Shown here one piece after another: positions 25,124 to 38,500 of a stretch of DNA of 64,000 bases. This stretch comes from Phallusia mammillata (taxonomy: Eukaryota). The stretch covers positions 26,908,001 through 26,972,000 of the forward strand of contig OZ281497.1 in NCBI GenBank assembly GCA_965637545.1, read 5' to 3'. The notes under the pieces are model-generated. The model was not told the origin of the DNA. It did not search any database and was given only the letters and a program-made list of their open reading frames with translations. A program made the translations under genes and the position numbers. The number at the start of each line of letters is the position of its first letter. Within the stretch, counting starts at the first letter, position 1.

Positions 25124-28100
25124 ATGGCTGCCTTGCCTCGTCGTATAATAAAGGTAAGCTTATTGTAATTTTTCACTGTTTAAACACTGTTTAAATATTT
25201 TTTGATAGAATTTTACGAATGATTTTTCCACAATTTGTTTCAGTGAACTTAATGCACTAACATGTTTTTCGCCTGTGACATAACAATGCTAGCAAAAATG
25301 CATGATTTATTTCAGGGGTTAGGCAACCTTATCTGTGTCTCGACAAACTGATATTATGACACACTGATATAAATTACAAATACATGAATATGAACTAGTA
25401 AACTGTTTGCCATGCCATGAAAAATAATTGCCGACCTTTGAGTTATTGTTAGAACATTGATCGTTTTATGTTGAACTTAGATCATATTTGCCTTTTGAAA
25501 AGGTGATATCTATGGTTCAAGGCTTAGCCACTTAGCGTATTTCATCTGCAAGTCTTTGTGCCTTTATTTCAAGTGCTTCAATTTCAAGGCATAGAAAACA
25601 GTTCCCAAATTGATGCTTTTTGCTTTGACTATAAATAATCCTGTTTTTTTTCCTGTCATTGTAGAAAATGAATAAACCTGAATCACTTTTCGTTTGATCA
25701 AGCTGGTTGTAATTTTAATGCCATGATGTTCTTTAATGCTGTTTTATTTTGTTTCAGGAAACGCAACGTCTGGTCTCAGAACCTGTACCTGGGATTCAAG
25801 CAATTCCTGATGACAATAATTTAAGACTTTTTCATGTCGTCATTGATGGACCAAAAGATGTAATGACCTATTTTAATATTATACAGTTGTTTGACTTATT
25901 CTTTTTACTATTCGACCTGTTTCATGTAATTGTTTTAAGTCACCTGTTTGGAAATGTTTGTTTGAATGCTGAAATCAATTATCTTTAGTATAAGGAACAG
26001 GCCTATTAAAGGCGTTATACAGAATCGAAGCATTCCTATATAACAAGGCGTATGCTAGAAAATTACTTGTTTACTGGTTAATCTGGTGATCCCCTACTTT
26101 GAAGCTGACATGTGCAACATACGAGGCAGGCAATGGTGCTTGTGATTCAAGTTTTGTCGCGCTCACCACTGAGCCAGTGTAGTTCATTTGGTAGAATGTG
26201 AGTCCCTGCTGTGGGTTCGAATCCCATGGCTACATTTTTTCAGCCTACGCCTTGGCATATGGGGATGCTTGATGACTGGCTGATTTGGTATAATGCAGGG
26301 TTATTCAATGGGGGCAATATCGCCTGTGAAATGGACCTTGCGTGTTGTAGTAGCAATTAAATTAGGTTTTAGCTGTTAACTGAAGCTTTCGTGATCCTGG
26401 CTGAATCTAACCGCCCACGTCTGCTCAAAAAGCAGAACTTTTATACAAATAACAATTTCATAGGTGGGCGATTTGGAGACAGTGCATTAATAAGGGGGCG
26501 ATTGAGCCAAAAAGGTTGAAGACCCCGGGTATGATGCCTTTAATAGGCCTGGTATATCATGATTCATATATGAGTGTGGTGCGATTGATGGTCTGCAGAC
26601 GCTTCAGGGCTGAACCCATTAATTTAGGTTTATCTTAACATTCTAGTTTTGTTTCTGTTTATTCCAGTCCCCATTTGAAAATGGAGCTTTCAAACTGGAG
26701 TTGTTTCTACCAGCAGAATATCCGATGGCTGCTCCTAAAGTTCGATTTTTAACTAAAATTTATCATCCAAACATTGATAAGCTTGGCAGAATTTGCCTGG
26801 ATATTCTTAAAGGTAAGATTTCAAAATATTAACTTGCTTTTTGACCAATCCAAGTCCTATTTTTTGTGAACATTTCTCTATGTTGTTTCATTTAACTTAC
26901 AGTCAGCAAAAGCGAGTAGGCGTTGTAATATTGACTAATTGATGTGTCAGCTAGTTCTGAAAAATATTTCTTAATCATTTGTTTGCGTAAAAGTTGTGAT
27001 AACGTAATGAAATTGCCGTTTTATTTTGTTATTTCAAAGTTTTGACAGTTCATTGTATTTTACCTCTGAAAGAGTCCTAAAAATATTTATGATTTTTGAA
27101 TTTTTGCGATATTGAGTTGGGGTACCTTTGCTTGATGAGAGAAAACATAGCAAAACAATTGCATTAGAACAATTATCAAGCTGTGAATAGCTTCACAATG
27201 TCAAACATTATTCATGTTTTTGAATGTTTGAACCAAAAAAGAAACTAAAAACAACTATACATACCTGTGTGTTTGGTTGATCAACAGTTTTATGTAATGT
27301 GTGTCAATTAAACGTGCTTTAAATCTATAGATAAATGGAGTCCGGCTTTACAAATGAGAACTGTACTTCTTTCAATACAAGCTCTGCTTAGTGCTCCAAA
27401 TCCGGACGATCCACTAGAAAATGAGGTTGCAGAAAAATGGAAAGAGGCTGAAGCTGTTGCAATAAAAACAGGTAAGATTTATCTGTTTTTTCTGTATACA
27501 TGCATCATATTGGTTATTACTTTACAACAGTGGTTCTCAAAGTATGGGTCGCGCAGGGTCAAAAAATGGGTCGCTCTATGGTGATTCAATTCTGCCTAAA
27601 TGAACTGTTTTCATTTATTTTTCAAGTATTTTCAATTCCTAGTCATGACTGAATTATTGTATCATAGGCATTTTATGTGGCTTTATCTTCGTAACCTTGG
27701 AGTATTGCATCATAAATAAGGGTTTTCTGAGTGTTTAGATGGCACCCAGCTACAGTACTACCATAGCGAAATACAGCCTCACTCGACCACGTTGTACGGC
27801 AAAATGAACCAATCATTACAACATACAGACAATAGCCTTCCAATATTCTGTTACGCACATGGCGCTTGTAGGCTATTAGCATGGGGAATAATAGGAGGTT
27901 AATCATGCGAAACTAAACTTGGAATGTAACAGTTAGCATTCAAGGACAAGTAGGTATTCATTAGTTATATACAAGAAATAAAAAATACATATTTTGATGT
28001 TTGAGGCTTGGGTCGCAACATGTTCATAAAGCTCAGATTTGGGTCGCGCACAAAAAAGTTTGAGAACCACTGCTTTACAAGCTTGTAGTAAAAAAATTAG

Positions 28101-28485
28101 ATTGAATTTGGCAAATATTTCATGTTTTAGAAATTTACCTATCTGAGTTTTAAAATTTTTGCAAACAGACCTAAGCACAAGGGCACATGTGTCTTTGCTC
28201 CCAGCATAACCAATCGCTAAGCTTTTTTATGCAATTACCGTTTTATGCCATTGTATGGACAATTTTTTTTCTTAACAAGTAGGTTTGGATGACATTTGCA
28301 ATGCATCATATAAAATTCAATGGATTATACCTTATATATTAATAAGGTTTATCTGTAATGGCAAATGGCATCTTTTAAAAAACCACCTGATTGTGTTTAT
28401 TATTTTCGAACAGCATCTCATGAAAGGCTATTTTTTTACAGCTAAGGAATGGACAAGAAAATACGCCGTACCAGATTGCAAGTAA
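25124..28485 (+). CDS. UBE2N: Ubiquitin-conjugating enzyme E2 N (Ubc13), 153 aa. Exons: 25124-25153, 25758-25859, 26668-26812, 27331-27471, 28442-28485
   Basis: [59 protein letters not shown] (active-site Cys), [15 protein letters not shown]; GT-AG introns in phase. Confidence 0.96.
25998..26065 (-). mobile_element. Inverted SINE fragment in UBE2N intron 2
   Basis: CAGGCCTATTAAAGGCGTTATAC...AAGCATTCCTATATAACAAGGCGTATGCT is the reverse complement of the SINE body at ~26230-26551 without the nested MITE. Confidence 0.7.
26173..26615 (+). mobile_element. tRNA-headed SINE interrupted by a hAT MITE (UBE2N intron 2)
   Basis: A-box-like TAGTTCATTTGGTAGA and B-box GGTTCGAATCCC (26214-26225), then the shared SINE body. 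Confidence 0.75.
26296..26528. mobile_element. hAT (Buster-type) MITE nested in the SINE
   Basis: Degenerate termini CAGGGTTATTCAA / TTGAAGACCCCGG; TSD GTATAATG / GTATGATG. Confidence 0.75.
27528..28072. mobile_element. hAT (Buster-type) MITE in UBE2N intron 4
   Basis: CAGTGGTTCTCAAA / TTTGAGAACCACTG with perfect TSD CTTTACAA. Confidence 0.92.
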
Positions 28486-29520
28486 TATTCAAGTTATTGA
28501 AATGGGGGTCACACAGAAACTGTTATCTCAATCCCTGCAGTGGATGAAGATTGTTATCATCATAAGACTGATACTTGAACAGTTCCAGACGAAATTTGCT
28601 GTTGTGTACCTTTTCCTATTTATAAAAATGTTCTTTTGAATATATTCAATTTAATCCCCTGTTACAAAAAAGTGGGCCCAGTTTTGCCCATGTGGAGTTT
28701 GTTAGTTTCCAATTTGTGTGAGGCTGGTACCATTTGCTATGATTAACAAATACTGAAGCCGCTCATAATCCCAATTTAGTGAAGTTTTATGCAACTGCAT
28801 TGACTTCATGGAAACATTGTAAAAGCTTGGCACCTCAAGTGGACAAATAACCATATTTGTTAATGTGCAACACTTAACATTGCCCGCAAATTTTCAGACT
28901 GCCATGTTAGGGATCTTTATAGCATAACTATACAGATGTGAAACATGTCGTTAAGTGTGTGTTGAAATCATGGTTGAATTATTAATTAGCTTAAGCAGTG
29001 ACTTATTTCAAAATTTGAGTGAAGTATAGCCCTTATGAGTTGTTTGATATTGTCTCACTTTTACCAGCCCTATTAAACAGGATAATTTTGGATATATCAT
29101 ACAATGGTGTACTTTAATTTCACACGTCACTGTACTCTTAAATGGATTGATCTGTTTTTTCATCAATTTAAATTAAAGCTTTTAAAGCCACCTACCTGTT
29201 ATTAATTGTGTAGCGTGAGGTATATCATGAACTTGGTACAGCGATATGTTTTGGTCTTTTCACATAACTTGTCTATTTGTTATTTCGTCTTTGACCACGC
29301 CCAAGTTATGTGTGCTATGTCTGCGTGTTAAGTTCCCGAAATAAAAACTTCTGTTTTTAAACGAATTTGGATTCTAATTTGTAGTCATCTTGTATTGACC
29401 CATGTTTTTTTGAAGCGGTAATATACCAAGTTCCACAAATTCTTCGAAGCTCTATAACAATCTTTGGTGATTTCTGTTTTGCTTTAAAGCTGGCAGCCTA
29501 AAGGTAAAATTACTTATAAA

Positions 29521-29688
29521 CAGTGGTGGGATTTAGCCAGTTTGCATTGGTTCTATAGAACCGTCTCATGAAATTTTATGAGATCAGTGAACCGGTTAGC
29601 ATTACTGGTTACTTTATATGTAACAGAACCGGCTGAAAAATATGATTTTGTGATAGAACCGGCAGAAAAAAAATGAATCCCACCACTG
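29521..29688. mobile_element. Short hAT MITE
   Basis: CAGTGGTGGGATT / AATCCCACCACTG termini; left target CTTATAAA, right copy apparently split by the next element. Confidence 0.8.
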
Positions 29689-29692
29689 CTTA

Positions 29693-30878
29693 CACTGGGC
29701 AACAAAAAAATATTTTTTTACTGGTGTCTGTAATGTTTTACCTGATTTTGACTAATTCTAGTGCCCTGATTTCAAAAATGCAATCGGTTTATCTGTATCA
29801 CGTCTAGTTTTCCTGTTATGGTACATCCACCTTTGAATCATAATCTATATGTATACACTATAGTGAAACTGGTTTTAAGCATTTTATTTGGAATTAACGC
29901 TATTGCAAGAACAAAATTTCGAATTTAATTTTAAATGCAACAGGTGGACACTTCTAACAAACAAAATTCAACACACAAAAAACAAAAAAATGTTTCAAAT
30001 TTGTAAGTTATCAGGTATAGGCCTACACATGTACATTGGTAACGTTCGGAACTGAGTGGCAGCAATATCGTCCTGTTTAATTGACCAACAATAGTTAGCC
30101 AGGACCACATTATTCCCTCTTCCCTGACACGTTTCGTTTTACTGATATCCTGTTGGAACCTTTCAGCTTAATTCTCATCATTTATATCCCCTATGTTTTA
30201 AGGAAAGTGTAGCTTTATACTCATTTTTGTGCCAAATTTTTCAGACCGCTTAATAACTTAGTTATGTACTCTTTCTAATAATTTCAGTCCCTTTCTACTG
30301 TTTTTGTCCATCACTGCAATATTCCAGTCAACATAAGGTAAGTGGAGCCCATGGCTTGTCCTAAACCCTTAAAGCCACATCGAAGTGTGCAAGATATGCA
30401 CATTTGATACAGATATTTCTTTTTAGTTGTGTTGTATGGGTATTCACCAGTAATGTAGCATAAAACATCTTGGTAATTCATGCAACACCTTATAGATGAC
30501 CTAGCCACTATTAATTTTAGTTTTACCACCTGGCTTTACTAGTCTGAAAATCACTCCATAAAACACGTATAGTTTAAAGTTACCGCTAGCCTGCACCAAC
30601 CATTTTTAGACAGAGCATAGGCATAGAACGCATATTCATGCTATAAAACTGACTGCACTGTAGGAAATTGATGTGTATAATGTAACAAAACTTTAACAAA
30701 CACATAAAAGCATGATTTTAAAGTCATTGAATCAATATGGTCATAAATTTTGATTTTGTAAATAACTTAAAAAGTTGATCTGATTGAAGAAAACCGTAAT
30801 GATTTTTGAAATCAGCACCCCAAAATTAGTCAATATCAGTTTTAACATTAAAGACACCAAAAATTGTGTTGGCCAGTG
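29693..30878. mobile_element. 1.19-kb non-autonomous DNA transposon with CACTG ends (CMC/EnSpm-like)
   Basis: CACTGGGCAAC / GTTGGCCAGTG termini, ~100-bp imperfect inverted arms (GGTGTCT...TGACTAATT...CTGATTTCAAAAAT), TTA on both sides; no ORF of note. Confidence 0.7.
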
Positions 30879-31217
30879 TTATTAATCAGTAAAAAATGTC
30901 ACATATACACAAACAAATATGTTGTATATGCCTATTTGCTGCTCTAAACTCTCAAAATATTGATATGTGACAAACAAAATCTGTGTATGCCACAGCAAAT
31001 TTTTACAATTTTGTGTATTTCATCATAAATAATGGCAAAAAGCATCCCCTGAAGTGCAAAACCTTTATCTTCAAGTAAATATATACTTGAATTGGGTGCA
31101 ATGCAAAACAGATTTACCAGACACAGTTCTTTGTTCGATTGGCACACAGGGGTAGCTTATTAAAAAAACATAAATACTCTATTACAGGAACTGTATCCAA
31201 ACATTTGCAATAAATGA

Positions 31218-35051
<3,834 letters not shown>

Positions 35052-35509
35052 GGTGTCGGTGATTTTCCGTAGATTATGGAATTGAAAGTGACTTGCAGGA
35101 ACAGCAATATCGCTAAAACAAAACTTTTGTTTCTTTCTCGATCCGCTTTCTCGAACTTAATTACCAAAAACAAAACAAACCTTCAACTCAACTCAACTCA
35201 ACTCATGAAGTTCATCAGCCACAAACGCATTCATCCATGACGGTGAATCGTCGTGGTTCACTCATTTTTCACGGCAGAAAAAATAAAAGTTTGCAGCGAA
35301 ACTTTACTCTTACGGGGAAAGCAAAATTTGCCGGATTCGGACATAAAATGTGAAACAATGTAGCTCAGATTTTCTAAGCGTTCATCGTTAAGGTAAAGTG
35401 GTTCGCGTAATACGTTTTAGAAGTGCTTTGCGATTTCTGAACTTCGAAATCAGACAATACAGAATTTGTATGACATCCGTTTCACTATTTTTGTGCCGTT
35501 GAACTTGCC
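35052..35509. promoter_or_regulatory. Probable bidirectional promoter between PDHB and the zinc-finger gene
   Basis: Divergent start codons at 35051 (-) and 35510 (+) are only 458 bp apart; the interval contains a (CAACT)n tract at ~35184-35205. Confidence 0.6.
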
Positions 35510-38500
35510 ATGAATTCTGAAGCGGAGAAAATTCTACAGAAATGGAAAGACAAGGTTTTAATTGTTTTTATGTTTTTTTCATTGCAATTTTGATTGAATA
35601 GGCTATTGTTTTTTTTATGCAATGACCCAAACTTGTTCATTGTTATGTATTTTTCGATATATTTGAAACTGTTTTAGTGTGCCTGTAGTATATTTACTGT
35701 AATCTTGACCTAGAATTGTGTCAAACTTTATTTAATAGTTGACATTATAACATTCTAACTTAAATTATTATCTGATAAATGACTGTTTCAAAACGGTCAC
35801 GTCTAAAACTGCGGGCCCACTTGGATCACTTGGCCCGCTTGGCCCAGCACTTCATGCAATTGAAAAACTGCGGGCCCACTATATCCAGTGCTTGTCGCGT
35901 CTCTCGTAAGTACAAAAACTGCGGGCCCACTATATCCAGTGCTTGTCGCGTCTCTTGCAAGGAAAAACTGCGGGCCCACAATATCCAGTGCTTGTCGCGT
36001 CTCTTGCAAGGAAAAACTGCGGGCCCACAATATCCATTGCTTGGCCCGTCTCTCGCAGGACAAAACGGGCCAAGTGCTGGGCCAAGTGGGCCAAGCGGGC
36101 CCGCAGTTTTAGACATGACCCTTTCAAAACTGCACATACATTTTGAGATCACAAGTTTTTAATGATGCTGTTTATCATTTTTTCTATCTAATGTTAAAGT
36201 TTCCCATCCCAACCAGGCATCCGACAGTAATCCAGTGAAGGAACTGCAATGTCGCCTATGTTCAGAAACTTTTCATGGGGAAGGAATGTTTGTTGAGTCT
36301 CTGATTCACTTACAAACATCTCATTCTGGGTACGAAGAAACTTTTAAAAGAAAACTGAATAGTATCATATGCAGAATTTTTTTGATATCAAAATTGTCCA
36401 TTTTAAATGCACAATAAAAAATAACATCTCCAAAAGCTCAGTTAAAAGTATTAATCAACAAAATTTATACAAAAAAAAATCAACAAAATTATGTTTTATG
36501 ATATTAGAAAAATAATGACACCAGTTGCAAAAGGAAGAAACAAATGGCCCTGTGACTGTTTTCATGTTTTTTTTATTTTACTTCATTAAAAAATAAATTC
36601 CTAGTTCTAAGCTAAACAAAAACAAATCAAAAATGTATTGAATAAGTCACATTGTCATATCTTACTATTTTACATGAAGCCATTTTTTTACACATCACAT
36701 TAAAAACTATGTTCATAGGACTTTGCATTATTCGCATGATATATATATGTCACAATTCCGCAAAAACACACACAAATGATTGAATCTTTCTTAGGGTTCT
36801 GTTGTTAGTGTTATGAAATATCGGTTTTGATATCACATTTTAATGGGGCATTCCAGTTAGTACTGATACCCGGGCTAGTAACATCAGGTCATAGAAACAG
36901 ATACAAACACAAAAATCAATACGAACTCTTTCAGTTGCATATCCTGTGTTATATATAACTGTCATTTATGTGCTGGTGTTAATTTGTAATGTATTTTATA
37001 GGTATTTTGAGTCCCAGCAGCACAGCATTTCTAGTTCTACGGAAGTGGACCACATAGCAACTGCTGAGGAGAATTCGAATACACTTGTTAGCAGCTCATC
37101 GAGAGATGAAGCATTGCAGATGAGTAATGCTGATGAAATATGTGTGGTGGAAAAGATGAATCAAACCACTCAGACCAACAGGAAAAGTCAGCCCACAGAT
37201 ATGTGTACTCAAACAGGTACGTTTAAAGGTTTTGATTGTGTTAGTTTGTATTGTTTGTTACTTGTTGTATTCTACATGCTGGAGCAAATCACAGCACATT
37301 AATTAATATCATTTTGCCATAATAATTTTTTTTTAATTTGAGCACATTTTGACCACTCTGTATTATTTAGATTAAATTACAGCGTACTGTAATTACAGTT
37401 ATTAACATTCATGCCATAATAAGAAAAAAATATAATTTGAGCACATTTTGATCAATCTATATTATTTAATAGAAAAATATATTGATATGTAGCTTTGTTT
37501 GTGTTTTGTTATACATGTATCGTATTTATACTTCTAGACTTTGCAATTCCTTTACCTATTCCTGAACCTCTGAAAAGATTTTTGTGCTTATCAGGTGGGT
37601 AAAACAATACTACTTAATTTTTGTGGTGGAAATTAACTTTTAAGCACAACCAATGCTCGAATTTGTTTTGAAAAATATCGTTAATACATATTCTATGGCA
37701 TTTTTTTATATGTGTGACCTAAGCTTACAAGTCAAAGCAATCAAAATGCCTAGTTCGCTCTTACACATCAATTTTGTGCTATCAACAAATTTGCGTTCTC
37801 ATGTATAAAATGGCCTGAACGATTTCCCTTTACAACTTCCTAAATTTTATTTCTTGTGGTCAATTTACCCGTTGTGGTAACTACCCTTGACAAGCAAACT
37901 TATTGCTGGTAACTGGCAAACATTAGTCTATACTAGTTGAAGTCAGGGCTTGGTAATCTGTACATAATTTTTTTTATCTAGATTGTATAGATATTGTATA
38001 AAAAAAAACAGATTAACAAAAAAACAGTATTTAAATGATAGGAGACCATTTAGTTGACAGAAAAAAATGGTGTTTATTTAAAACAAGTTACACTTTAAAT
38101 GTGTTTACCAAAGTTTAGCTCATATAGTTTATTTAACTAACTGTTTTTGGTCACAAAAATAATTGCTGATTTTTATCTTGGGGTAGAATATTTGATTTTT
38201 GTAGCCTTAATGTTGTTGATTAGAGAATCCAGGCAACTGTAGACCTTACCTTTGCCTCATATGCAACAAACCAGTTTTGAACCTGAAGATAGCAGTGATG
38301 CATTTAAGGAAAAGGCATAATATTTCACTCAGAAGTGATGCAAAAAGAATACAAGGTTTGTATTTGCCCCTGTTATGTGGTGACATTGTGTTTGATTTGA
38401 TTCATGTAATTGATTCATTAAACAAGATAACCTAGATGGTTTTTGCTCGAACTGGTTGTTGAAAAAAAGATAAACAAAATGTACTAAGTATATATTGTTA

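Noticed and set aside
26173-26235. Possible tRNA gene
   Set aside because: A and B boxes are present but the anticodon arm region is too short and degenerate, and it continues into a repeated SINE body.
35860-36060. Regular ~49-bp repeats that could look like a CRISPR array
   Set aside because: Whole units are near-identical with no unique spacers, they are enclosed by TIRs and a TSD, and the context is a eukaryotic intron with no cas genes.
37538-37594. LPIPEPLKRFL resembling the end of a SOCS box
   Set aside because: No BC-box (SLQxLCR-like) helix precedes it in the spliced product.
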